From positions 109,420-173,419 of the forward strand of contig MCFE01000095.1 in assembly GCA_002104905.1 (NCBI GenBank): DNA of 64,000 nt, given 5' to 3'. The notes below the pieces were generated by a model. That model was not told the origin of the DNA, made no database searches, and worked only from the letters and a program-made list of their open reading frames with translations. Shown here piece after piece: positions 1 through 12,310 of this stretch; the first letter of the stretch is position 1, and each line of letters starts with the position of its first letter. Source of the DNA: Basidiobolus meristosporus CBS 931.73 (Eukaryota > Fungi > Basidiobolomycota). Position numbers and translations under genes: made by a program.

Positions 1-2640
1 GGAGCCAAGTGAGCCCAGTAGTCCATCTACTGGTGAATGATGTAATAATGTGGCTAGAGAAGTGGTGCATTTATGCTAATATCAGTAATTGTGGCTTTGA
101 GGATTTATTATTACTTCCTGCCAAAATCATACTAGGATGCAACTTACCATGTACATGGTACAAGTGGACAACTGTCATGCGGCTGGCAACATATGATCCA
201 GAGGCTGTTCTGATTCCAGCATGTGTTAACAGTTGCATGGCATTCACATCCAAAAATGCACCCTGGCAACATGTCCAAATTGTCAGAAATCTGCCACCAT
301 TGAGGGAAAACATTGTTCACACTCTGGATATATTCCAGTTGTACCCTGTCTGAGGAAGCTGATGTAGTCCAACAAAGATTGCAAAGCTATACAGCACTGC
401 ACTCAGTATCAATCAAGCACAAACATATCTGTTATATTTGATGGCAAACATTACAAACAACTACAAAGCAAGTGCTGCTTTGAAGGTATGAATGACCATG
501 TCTATGCTTTAGAACTTGATGGATTCTAATTAAACAAGTACTCTACCAGCAAACTGTGCTGGCCACTGATTCTCATCAATCTGAATCAGCTGCCCATCTT
601 ATGGTATCAGAGCAATAATCCAATGGTAGTCTCACTGGTATCTGGGTCTAAATTGCCGTCCAACCTGGATAGCTACCTGTATCTATTGCTGGATGAGGTT
701 AGTATGCTTTCCATCAGGATAACAGTAAATGGCCATCATGTAAAAGCGCATACTATTATCTGCATTGGAGATACCCCAGCCATCAGCACATTAGCAGGTT
801 TTTCTGGGCACAATGGATGGTATTGCTGTCAAATGTGTGAGATGCAGGGGATTTACCCCATAACTCATATGCATTATTATTACCCCAACACCAGCTCTGA
901 GAACATCATCTTTCCACAGAGAGAATGCACAGAAGTCAGCATGCAATTGCAGCAAAGTTGGCAAGCTCTGAGCCATTGGCCAGAATACGGAATCAATCAG
1001 AAACTGGAGATACTTAAGATACAAGGTATCAGTTCAAGCAAAAGCTTTCCACTGGGATCAATGCATTTGCTTTTCAACAATATCCCTATACTGATGACCA
1101 AGTTGTACATGGGGCATTTCAAGCTAAATGAGCCCTTTGAGACACCAGAGAAATTTGAAAGAATATTCAAGATATTACAGATTATCTGCTACCCTAAGTA
1201 CCTCTCACAGGCTCCAATTAATATTTATATGCATATGCAACAATACAAATGCAAAGACTGGATGAGCTGGATATCTATTTATTCAAGTGGTGTTCTGAAG
1301 CCATTCCTACCAAGAGTGCATTGGAAGCATTGGGAGTCATATGTGGACATTGTAGGAATATTTATCCAGAAGCAGATCACTGATGCCAACTTGATGCATC
1401 TACAGCTGTTGTGTGAAGAGTTTGTGACAGGATTCAAGTGGCTATACTACAAACATAAAGCTGAACGTGTAGATCTCTGCTGCTGCTGTATCCACTCTCT
1501 ATTCCATTTTGCATGGTGTGTGGAGAATATTGGGCCTTGCTTAACCTTTTGGGAGTTTCCTATGGAGCAGATGTGTGGGGAGATAGGAAGACAAGTCAAG
1601 TTGCAGGTACTACCATATCCCAATCTCATCAAGAATATTACCTTCAGGTCCGCCATAGATGTAATGAGTTGGCACATGGAGGACAGCCAGAAAGAGTTGG
1701 AAAATACTGAGGACAAATGAGCACAAGGAGACACCTATGCCTATGGCATTAAGAAGCTATGCAGCCCCAATGGGAGGGTAATCAGTTAAGTAATGCAGTG
1801 TTGGGTTGGGTGCAACAAGCAACTAATTTTTATCAGGAATACTCTACCAAGATATGCTGGATTTCTCATGGTCACAACCCAACTTCTATACCATTCAATA
1901 CAGAATCCACACTAACAAAAGCCAGAGCGCACCTATAATGGGGACTAGAATCCAGCAGGGAGAAGGAATATATTGGCTAAATACCAAGAAGTTCTTTGCA
2001 GATACTCAGGAGGTATTCATGGCAGAAGTGGCAACTACCAAGCATATGTTTGCAAGATGTATATGGTACCAGTAGCACAAGGTATATGGCAACTTTGCAA
2101 GTATCACACTAAAAAGCTATAAAGTTGAGGTGATAGAAGTATGTCAATTGCAGCAAGTGCATGTTTGTAGAGGTTAGTAAGCAGGAGGCTATAAGTTTAT
2201 TTATTCTAACTATATGTGGAATACCCAAGGTAGTAGTGGGTAAGCAAATAAAGAGGGGTGATTCTACAGTGGAATATATGAATTGCACAAGGGGAGGTAG
2301 AAAAAGGAAATACCATTTGGTAAATTGGTATGGTAGCATTATACAGAACCAGCAGTAGGCTATCATGCTGCCAATATAATGCCATCAGAGTCTTGCTGTG
2401 AGGCTGTCAAAATACCGTCAAGTTTCTTGCAATATAGAACAATTGGAAGACCTGGCCAACTGGATCCACTTAAAATGGTTATAGCACCCTAAAAGACCGC
2501 AGCAATACCATGCAAATATTGTAACAACACCAATAAACTATCATCAAGTTTTATCCCTGTATTTGGTTGTAAAGTTAGCAAAACACTGTCATGATCCCAT
2601 CATAAGATTGTTAGCAGGGTCACTAATTCCAAGCTGCTGG
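1..2640 (+). mobile_element. Degenerate CACTA/CMC-EnSpm-like DNA transposon (transposase relic; left end outside window)
   Basis: ORF 623-1720 has fungal CMC transposase motifs: ICIGDTPAISTLAGFSGHNGWYCCQMC, MHLLFNNI, HSLFHFAWCVENIGP...WEFPMEQMCGEIG...PYPNLIKNI. Flanking frames are broken and the sequence is CpG-depleted. No terminal CACTA was found. Confidence 0.75.
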
Positions 2641-3118
2641 TATCATGATGGTCTCTAAATAGATCCTGATGGCTGATCTGGATTGGATCCACCCACAGGA
2701 CCAAATTATTCTTCATAGGGAGTAGTATTAGTCAGCAGATGAATCAGCCAATCCTTATCAGACAGAAATAGACACATTGAGTTGGATCTAATTGGGTGAT
2801 GATGATGCAATCATATGAGAGTTCAGCCACAACCTACACTAAGAAATACAATTAGTCAGCAATTGATTTGGCAAATTGTATAAAAGGAGCTGCTGGAACC
2901 TCACTAAAAATCAGTTCAAGTTTTTGTGAATACAATACTGGCTAAACTCCCTATTTCTCTACAATTCTTGTATCAAGACTTGTAACATTGTTCACCTACC
3001 TTATATATCACTAATACAGGTTTTGAGCTTTAGGTCCTGCTTAAACAGGCTCTCCAGGAAGCAGCTGGCTTCTAGCCATTGCACCCTTGCACTTCTGCCT
3101 TTGATAGTGTCAGCTTAT

Positions 3119-3386
3119 CTAAGACCAGGTTGATGCCAATATACTATAGTATAAGTATCCTAATCTGTCACTATGGTCCCTATTTCAAGTCTTAACTCAT
3201 CTTTAGTACAACTAAGACTCTACTCATCCCCTAGCTGACTAGCTTGGTTTAGACTGCAAAAATAGATATTGGATCCATTCAAGTTCTTACCAACTGATTT
3301 TAGTAGGGCCCAAGTGTCTATTATGAGCCTTCATACAGATGTTTGGGTGCTACTCATTAGTGTAGCAGAACTGGATACCTCAGAGA
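3119..3386 (+). mobile_element. Relic of the Myb/SANT-like partner gene of the Harbinger-like family (homologous to ~58219-58486), cut by a copia LTR
   Basis: Aligns by eye to 58219-58486. Translation LDPFKFLPTDFSRAQVSIMSLHTDVWVLLISVAELDTSE vs LDQFKFLPNDFSMAQVSMMSLHTDIWALLINLAELDTSE shows conservative substitutions. Homology stops where TGTTGTAA begins at 3387. Confidence 0.65.
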
Positions 3387-5723
3387 TGTTGTAAAAATTT
3401 GTTATTCCACCTAAATAATCACCCAACTTAGTCACTCAGATCATTACCTTCAAATCCTAGTGAATACTGACCAGATTCCTTGTTGGGATTTACTTAGAAT
3501 ATTTACATCAAAATACCAGGTACCCAGAACATGAAAATTCTCAAAGCTGTCCAAACAGCCCCATACTTTGCACACATGCTGTTGGGACCTTCCTTAGCTC
3601 ATTCTACATGTTTGCTATGCCAAGACCATGTAAAAGTACAAATACTACTTTTATATTCAGTAGTTCATCAGTTGAAAAACACATAATCTACTTGTCCTCC
3701 CAATCACTTCCAATATCTCCAAGACTCTTACAACAGGTTACAAGCCCCAAGCTGTCACTCTTTGCAATGTCTACTACTGCCATTACTGGAATATTTCCCT
3801 CTGCTGAAAAGTTGGATGGATCTGAATACCTAGCGTGGAAGGAGAAGATGAAGATGCTGCTACAAGAAAGAGGCCTTGGGGATATTGCCATGGGAGAAGG
3901 ATGTGCTCCTAAAAACATGACAGAGGAAGCTTTAAAGTACCAGAAGAAAGAGCAAAGTGCCTTTAACTGCATTTGCCTTAATGTTAAAGACAAATTACTA
4001 ATTTAATGCCCAATAGCAAAAACGGCAAAGACTGTGTGGAAGGCATTAGAAGACACCTATCAGTCATGATCAGCTGCTAAGAAAATATATCTAAGACAAA
4101 AACTCTTTACTACAAAGATGCTGCCAGGAGAAGAAATGAAAAATCTAATTAACAGATTTACCCTGCTGGTGGATGAGATGGAATCTGTGGGCATACCAAC
4201 TACTAATGTGGATGTGATAGTAACCATCCTGAATAGCCTGACAGACAAGCTTCAGGGCCTTGTATCAGCCCTAGAGGCCAGTACTGAAAATTTGACCTTG
4301 AATTATGTATGTGGAAGGCACCTGGATGAAGTATTAAGAAAATCAAGTGCCAATAAGAAGGAAGAAGAAAATGCTTTAATAAGCAATGATAACCAACAAA
4401 GGAGGTACCCAAGACCTTATAAAGGCAATAACAATCTGGTTTGCAACCACTGCAAAAGGAAAAGACACACATCAGACTGGTGTCTCAAAAAGAGAGATAA
4501 TCAGCAAAAGAAGCCTGAATATGAAATACTGCAACAACTGAAGATAGACTATTCATATCTGCACTAAATATGACCACAAACAAGGATTCTCAGATTTGAT
4601 ACTCTGACTCTAGAGCATCTCAACACTTTACACACCAAAAAGTACTTTTTACCCAATATTAAGATATTCCAATCAAGAAGGTTCTCATGGGTAATGATAG
4701 AACACCTGATGCAGTGGGAGAAGGAATTATCCAAGTAAACCTTAGAAGCAGTGAAGAAAGCCATACATTAACCTACTAAAAAGCACTCTATGTACCAGAA
4801 ATAGCCAAGAACCTACTATCTGTAAGCAAGGCCACAGCAGAAGGACTCAGTTTCAGCTTTGACAATTCTGGATGCAGGATCACAGATCAAAATAGTGCTC
4901 ATAATGCTTTGGGTTTCAGAGATCAAAATCTATACAAGCAGACTTATATTCCATTATATCTGGAAGCCAATATAAGTAACTTAAATGAAGAAGCATCAGT
5001 TCTTTGGCACAGGAGATTTGGACACATCAATTTTGATTATTTGCGCAAAATGATCAAAGATCAGCTAATTTCCAGAGTAAAGATTTATTCCCCAGCTGAC
5101 TTGGAGCACTGTGAAGCCTGCATATATGGGAAACAAGCCAGACAACAGTTCAAGAGCTCTGGGCAAATCAAAACTAAGAAAAAATAAGATTTAATTCACT
5201 CAGAGCTTTGTGGACCTGTGCAAAACGTATCCGTAGGTGGGATGAAGTATTTAATCACTTTTATTGATGATCATACAAGATACATGTGGGTTTACTTCAT
5301 GGAGAGAAAGGAAGAAGCTCTGTCTAAGTTCAGGGAGCTAAAGCCATGGTGGAGAGAGAAACTGGTCAAAAAATCAAGAAAATATGCTCTGACAATGGTG
5401 GAGAATATACCTCAAAACTCTTCATCCACTTCTGCAAAATTCATGGGATAGCGCAAGAGACTACTGCACCATACTCCCCACAGTAAGATGAAATAGCAGA
5501 GCATGCTAACAGATCAATAATTGATAAGGCAAGATCTATGATCCATGATCAAGAATTATCCTATGATATTTGGGCAGAATCAGTTGCCACTGCTGTATAC
5601 ATTAAAATTAGGAGTTATAACAGAATACTTTGTGATTCTACTCCATTTGAAGCATGGTATGGATACACACCAAGAGCAGAACATCTCAGAATATTTGGGT
5701 GTACAGTATATGGCAAGAAACTG
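3387..5723 (+). mobile_element. Degenerate, 3'-truncated Ty1/copia retrotransposon (copy 1)
   Basis: LTR 3387-3735 (TGTTGTAA...TTACAACA), decayed PBS GGTTACAAGCCC, then fragmented gag (CNHCKRKRHTSDWC knuckle), protease, GAG-pre-integrase and integrase. Colinear with 53424-55740. Confidence 0.92.
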
Positions 5724-6474
5724 ACAGACAAAGTAACATTGGCTAGAACTCAAAAGACTATCAACAGGCATACAGTAGAATTTTGGAACATTAACAGGCA
5801 CACCAAGATGTTACAGCACTTCTCAAGAGCAGGGCTCAAGAAAACACATTTGAATATTGCAAGGATTTATTGCAAAGACTGGCAGATGAGGTGCTAGACC
5901 TTGCAGTGTTGGCAGAAGACCAGGACATATGGGAACCAGTGAATGGACAGTGGCGTAAAGCCACAGGGTTCCTGCCAAAGTCATGGAAAAAGGGTGTTAC
6001 AGCAGAAATACTTATTGGATGGTGGCCTTTAATGTAGTTACTTTTTTTGTATGGGGTTGGGCCCAATGTTAGTGCTGGGTATAGGGACTTGTGTAGGTCA
6101 ATACAATGGGCAATTGAGGTACAACTGAAGTTTCAACAGAAATCAATCAATGTGTTTGCATGAAGAGTAAGAGAAGCAGTTGGGTCAGGAAATAGGGAGT
6201 GCAAAAAAGAGGCAATAGCCAATCAATATACAGACACATAGGAGGTGATTGAGTGTCCAGGATCAGAAAGAGAGAGAATTAGCAGAGAACCAATCAAAAG
6301 CCACTTATGTATAGTTGTGATGAGAATTATGCCTAAGTTTTTGGTGAAATCTGGGGTGCAATTATTTTTCAACAGTCTTTGCAAGGTGTCCTGACAAGAT
6401 CAATACCTCTTAGTCACAGGACTTTAATTTTGTGGCAGCCTTTTGACAGTACATCACAATTATTTTTCAAAGGG

Positions 6475-6839
6475 CAGTTAAGTAATTCAAGGATGGGTTG
6501 GATGCAATATGCAACTAATTCTTATCAGTACTGTCTTACTAAGGTAAGCTGGGCTTCTCATGAGTACAAACCACTTTTCACACCATTCAATACAGAATTC
6601 ATATAAACAAAAACCTGAGCATACCTACAAGGGTAACTAGAATTTGGAAGGGAAAGGAATACATTGGACAAGTACCAAAAAGTATTTTGCAGATATTCAA
6701 GAGGTAATCATGGCAAATGTGGCAGCAACCAAGCATGTGTTGCAAGATGTATATGTTACCAGCAATACAAGGTATAAGGCAAGTTGGAACCATCACACTG
6801 AATAGCTGTAAAATTCAAGTGATAGAAGTATGTCAATTG
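6475..6839 (+). mobile_element. Second copy of the CACTA-like element, left part (target of the gypsy insertion)
   Basis: Homologous to ~1781-2148. Joining 6839 to 13618 restores gatagaagtatgtcaattgcag, as seen at ~2132-2152. Confidence 0.75.
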
Positions 6840-7227
6840 TGTGGGTTATTACTGACTGTACTTGGTGGGTGGGAGAGCTTGTAGGTCAAGTCAGTACCAC
6901 TTGGTTCAGAATAGCTTCCAATAGAAGGTAGCAAGGTAATAAAGACTTCTGTTTATTTTGTCCAAATCTTGTTGTTCTTCTTGGTTCAATTGGGTAGATA
7001 TATATATATCATTTGGGGGGGCTTAGACAATAGACAATGTGTTATAAAATAGGGGTGTGAACACCTTCCTGTTATGGTAAGTGTTCTAACTAGATAAGGG
7101 TAGGGATAGGAGGGGGGACGTGTGGGGGAATCATAGGGAGGATACTGGAGGACTTTGGGTAGGACTCTGGAGGGAACTCTTGGGAGAACTCTTGGGCAAA
7201 GAGTAGGTACTACATTGAGTACTCACA
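6840..7227 (-). repeat. 3' LTR of the gypsy element (388 bp)
   Basis: Direct repeat of 13226-13612, with TG/CA termini. Confidence 0.97.
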
Positions 7228-7627
7228 TATCCCAGGGGTTAAGTGGGAGCTTTGTCCTCGAAGTTCTTTGACTAACTTGCTTCTCCAGGGTCAATTTTGT
7301 TTACAGAGCATGGGGAGTCACTGTAGTACCATTGCTGGTTGTCACTTGCAAGGGGATTGCGGGCAAGTACCTGATACCATTTGGTGGCCGAGTGGGGTGC
7401 GGCCTGTGTTGCTCAAGGGATGTTTTCCACAGAGCCAAATAGTTGGCAAACCATAGGGTTCTGGGTAAGCTCCTCGGGAGGGTCGGAGAACAAGAAAAGG
7501 TGCAATAGCGCAATAAAGTCTTGCTTCTTTATCTTGCAACGTTATTGGGGCTTGTCCTTTTTGTGTTTAATATGACGGCAGGGGACCTTTTGAAGAGGGC
7601 GTACACTCGGTTGGCAGTCACCTGTTG

Positions 7628-8440
7628 TCAATAACAAGTTTTTGCTTCTTCTGAGACGTATTGTAGTTCTTCTGTAGAAACTGTGGCGCAATCAAGGCGC
7701 TTTTGTACTCGCCTCATGGTTTCTACAGAATCCGCGGCGGTTTCTTTGGCTTCTTGGAGTTGGACTTCGTACTGGTTCCTGAGTTGTCCTATGGTAAACC
7801 ACTGTAATAGTTGTAACACAGCAACTTGGTGGATCGCATGGGTTAACTGGCCGGTGTATTTAATCCGTTCACGTATCTTCTCTAAGATGGTTCCTTCTTG
7901 GAAATGTGGTTTGAGATGTTTGCGAATTTCTCGGAGGAGTCCTTCAATCAGGAGTTCTACTTCTGGTGCTCTTGCGGCTTGTACCAGGTCTGTGTATACC
8001 TCAACAACTGTGGTACCTATTAATGGCAAGTATGCAACAATACAGGGGGGCTCTCGGGGTCTTGTGAGGGCTCGACAGTTGATTCCTTGTGTCTTCTGTC
8101 TGACTGTGTCCAGTATGGATACGGGAATCAGTGCGGCGTCCTTCTCCTTAATGATCAAGGAACCTCCTCTTAGGTGATACACGGTCTTCTTGGGTAGTAT
8201 TTCCATGCTTTGTATTGGCGTGGGTAACTTGTCTTGTCCCTCTCTGATCGTGTCTTGTATTAGTGTGACTGCTCCGGCAAACGACTCTTCATATGTGGCT
8301 CTTGTTGTACGTAATGCTTGTACCATATCTCTCAACACTTGCAGGTTGGTTTTGTTTTTGATATCATCTTGGTTCTTGCTAGTGGGAGGGGTATTGCCAG
8401 TTTTGGGTGAACTGTTTCCTTTGGCGCTTTCCATATGCAT
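7628..8440 (-). CDS. Additional ORF3 of the gypsy element (270 aa, unknown function, coiled-coil-like C-terminus)
   Basis: Same-strand ORF between the integrase end and the 3' LTR. No obvious signal peptide or TM segment. The TGA at 7628 may be a decayed CGA, since the frame stays open ~29 more codons. Confidence 0.65.
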   Translation of the reverse strand: MHMESAKGNSSPKTGNTPPTSKNQDDIKNKTNLQVLRDMVQALRTTRATYEESFAGAVTLIQDTIREGQDKLPTPIQSMEILPKKTVYHLRGGSLIIKEKDAALIPVSILDTVRQKTQGINCRALTRPREPPCIVAYLPLIGTTVVEVYTDLVQAARAPEVELLIEGLLREIRKHLKPHFQEGTILEKIRERIKYTGQLTHAIHQVAVLQLLQWFTIGQLRNQYEVQLQEAKETAADSVETMRRVQKRLDCATVSTEELQYVSEEAKTCY

Positions 8441-8569
8441 TCTTTTGTTCTCCCCTTTGGGCGAACTCCCTCGCGCATATTATTTGTACCTATATTGACT
8501 AAAATCTCCTCTAATAAACTTTGTATGTATCCCGTGTCTTCCTCTATCCTTGTCCTGATAATTGTTTAA

Positions 8570-11500
8570 TCACACTTTGGTTTCAGTGATGATCGGTGGA
8601 TCATCATGAAACGGTTTCAGATGGGCTGGCGCTATGTTGCTGATCGTCTTATTGTTCAGGGTGATGGTGTACTTTGGTCCGTGGTCCAAACTGATAACGG
8701 TGCATGGGCCAATCCATTGGGGTGTAAATTGTGGACGGAACTTGAGGCCTGCAACGGTTTGGCTGTACCACACCTTATCGCCTGGTTTCCACTTTTGTCT
8801 TGTTAGTTTCTCATTTTTGGGTGGAGGGGGAAGGTGCTTGTCGACATTTTCGAATACTTTTATGTATAGGTGGGCAATACGGTGTATCAACCTTTCTATA
8901 TAGTCGTTATGTGTCGTCAGGGGGACACCTTCCATTGTTAATCCAGCTTCCTCCCGCCACTTGGGTCTTCATCCATATAGGATTTCATATGGGGAGAAAC
9001 CCATTGTTTTATTTGGTGTGGTGCGCATTGCTAGGAGTGTCAGTGGGAGCAGCTTGGCCCATGATTGGGGAAGTTCCCAGTGAAGCTTCTCTAGTATGCG
9101 GCAACACGTCTGGTTCATCCTCTTGGTTAATCCGTTAGTCTGGGGTTGATACGCGGCTGTGAAGACTTGTTTCATGCCCATCATTTTGCACAGGTGGGCC
9201 ACGGTGTTGTTCAGGAAGGAACCACCATTGTCGGACAGGAGTATCTGAGGATATCCGTGTCGGCAGATGAGGTGTTCTAGAATGAATCGGGCGGTTGTCT
9301 TCTGATCTTTATTGCGGACAGCTTGGGCTTCTACCCACTTTGAGAAATAATTGGTAGCGATTATTATGTATTGTTCTCCTTTCTTTGTTTTCATAAAGGG
9401 GCCAACAAAGTCAATCCCTACTTGGTGGAAGGGCAGGTTGACCGGTATTGGTGCGGTTGTCCCTATCTTCTGACTCCGGTTGAATCTTTTGCAAGTGGTG
9501 CATCTTTGTAACGTATTTGTAACGTCGGTCATCATTTTTTGCCAATAAAACGTTTTTCTTAACATCTTATATGTTGTTAGGGGGTTAGCGTGTCCTAATG
9601 ACATATGTCTTTCTCGTATGATTTCTTCACGGGCTGCTAGTGGGGGTACCTCGGCTCTGGACTGTCCTTGGAGGAACCATAGTCAATTTTCTTGTACTTT
9701 GTACTGACACCATTTCCTTCGAAATTCTCTCTTCTGTTTGTTTGTAACGACATGTTCGGGATACCTCCCTTTCTTTTTAAAGCAGATTACGTCCTCGTAC
9801 TCATCACTGACACGTATTTGGCAAACGGGATAGCGACTGAGGAAGTCTGCGTCCTGGTGTTTCTTGCCAGCATGGTGAATTATTTCAAAGTCGTATTGCT
9901 GTAGTTGTAGGGCCCAATGTGCTAGTTGGCCGGTAAAGTCTTTAGTTTTCATCAGCCAGACCAGTGCGCTGTGGTCTGTTACTATCGTGAATTGGCGACC
10001 ATGTATGTATGTATGGAATTGTTTAATTGCATAAACAACAGCCAGACATTCTATCTCGGTAACGGGGTAGTGGCGTTCGTGTTTGTTTAGCAAACGGCTC
10101 ACGTACCAATTGGGTGGAATTCGCCGGGTTGGTGGTATTGTCCCAGTACGGCACCTATACCGGTGAGACTTCCATCACAGTTAATAAAAAATCTTGCATC
10201 CCAATTGGGAAATCGTAACACTGGCGGTGACGTCAGGGAATGTTTCAGCTGATCGAATGCTCTCTTTTGAGGCTCCAACCATACAAAACATTGGCCTTTT
10301 CGCGTCAATTCGTATAGGGGGGCTGCTATTGTCGTGAAGTTTTTGACAAAGCGGCGATAGTAGCTGGCTAATCCTAGGAATCCCAACACTGCATTAATGT
10401 CCTTTGGTGCAGGTGCATTTTGAACGGCTTTCAGGAGTGACGTAGATGGGTATATTCCATCTGCTGAGATCTTGTGGCCCAGGAACAACAATTTCATATA
10501 CAGGAAATGGCACTTCTTGGGATGTAGTTTGAGTTGGTTCTTGAGGAGGGCTGTCAGGATACGTTGCACGTCGTGTATATGTTCTTCTACATTGGGGGAA
10601 CATATTGTGATGTTGTCCAGATACACAAGGGCGCATTCCCATCATAGATTTCCTAGCACCTTGTTGATCATCCTTTGGAACGTAGCGGGGGCATTGCACA
10701 AGCCAAAGGGTAGTTGGTTCCATTTGTATAATCCAAGCAATGTTATAAAAGCAGTTTTGGGTCGATCTTCCAGGGCTACTTCTACTTGCCAATACCCGGA
10801 GATTAAGTCAAGAGAGCTAAAATATTTAGCTCCGATTAATCTGTCCAAGAGGTCGTCTGTTTGCGGTAGCGGATACACGTCCTTCCGGGTGACGGCGTTC
10901 AATTTCCGGTAGTCAATGCAAAAGCGTTGCTTTCTGTCTTTCTTTGGGACTATCACTACAGGGGAGGCCCACGGAGACTGGCTCTCTGTAATGATGTCGT
11001 CTTTTAATAAAGTTTCAATTGTCTCTTTGATATAGTCTGTGTCAATTTTCAAATTCCTATAGGCTTTTTGCTTGATGGGGTATTTGTCGGTGAGGTGGAT
11101 TTGGTGATATACCCCAGGTATATGACCAATTACTTGGTTCTTAGAGAATACTCGGGCAAGCGGACGTATTCCTTCTAGGAACTTGTCTCCTAACGTAGGC
11201 GGTAGACCGGGGTCCACATCTAGTTTGGGGAGTTCTTCTTCTGGTTCCTTGTTTGTAGGTGGTCCTTGGTTGTCTCCATCGACTTCCTCTAAGTTTAACA
11301 ATGGCACTCCTCTAGGCAATGTCACCGTGTGTCGCCCGTTGTTAACCACTAAGCATTTCAGGCTTTGCATTTCAAATTTCGGTGGTATCCATACTTTAGG
11401 GATCGCGATTCCTTCCAGTTGCTCGGATGCCTTTGCTGTGGTTATCATTCTTCCGCTTGTCAAATAAGCTATTGGTGTTTCTAATGAGATCACCGTCTCA

Positions 11501-12300
11501 CTGGCGGGTGGTATTTTTATCACCTTTTGTGTGATGATCGGAGACTGCGACGGTTTCACCTCTTCAATCGTCACACTGTTGCTACGCGCCTTGCTCTCAT
11601 TGGTGATATGAATCAGTGGGATACTCTTGGTATCCCACCTGAGTTCAGATGCACTGTAAAGTATATCCATCTTATGTTGGATAAACCAACTCTTGCCAAT
11701 GAGTAAGTCATTGGCTGCAACAGGTAGGACCACAACATCTTGGCGTATTATCAAGTTGCCTAGCCAAATGGGGCAATTAGGCACCACACCTACCGTTGTA
11801 TCCAGTTGGTCATTTGCTAGCCGTACTTGGATGGTGTCGTTGGGGACTATATCTAGTTTTAGACGTTTCGCTAATGACTCTGACATGATCAACGTAGAGG
11901 ATCCTGTGTCGATAAGGGCAAGAATCTCCTTATTCTCTATACGTACCTTTACGTATGTACCTTTATTTGGTTTTTGCAGGACCGTCTGGTTGACATGGAG
12001 GGTCGTTATCTCCTTCAATCCCTCTATCAGTTCCTTGACTAGAGCTGGGGCAAGTCCCAGTAAATTGGTTATTGGGAGGGTTGCCTTGGTTTGCTCTAGT
12101 ACCTTCATTATGGGGAATAGGCCATGGGAAGACGTGCTAGCGTTCTTTGTTCGCTTTAACACTTCTTCCCAAGGCTCATTCCGTACTTCTTCACCTAATT
12201 CCACGCTCTTTCCTTTTGACGGAACCTCTACTACAGGTTCCTTTGCCTCCTCTCTAGAAGCATCATGTCAACGCTTCTTCTTCCGCACTTTGACTGTCCT
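8570..12300 (-). pseudogene. Gypsy pol (aspartic protease, RT, RNase H, integrase with GPY/F-SH3 tail; no chromodomain)
   Basis: ALIDTGSS; PWASPVVIVPKKD...RFCIDYRKLN; LPFGLCNAPATFQ; YLDN in place of YLDD; CDGS...IGAVL, ECLAVVYAIKQF; H...GH...CTTC, GIDFVGP, SDNGGSF, PQTNGLTKR; WIGPCTV. Broken by in-frame TGAs and a frameshift near 10108. Confidence 0.95.
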
Positions 12301-12310
12301 GACCGGAGGG

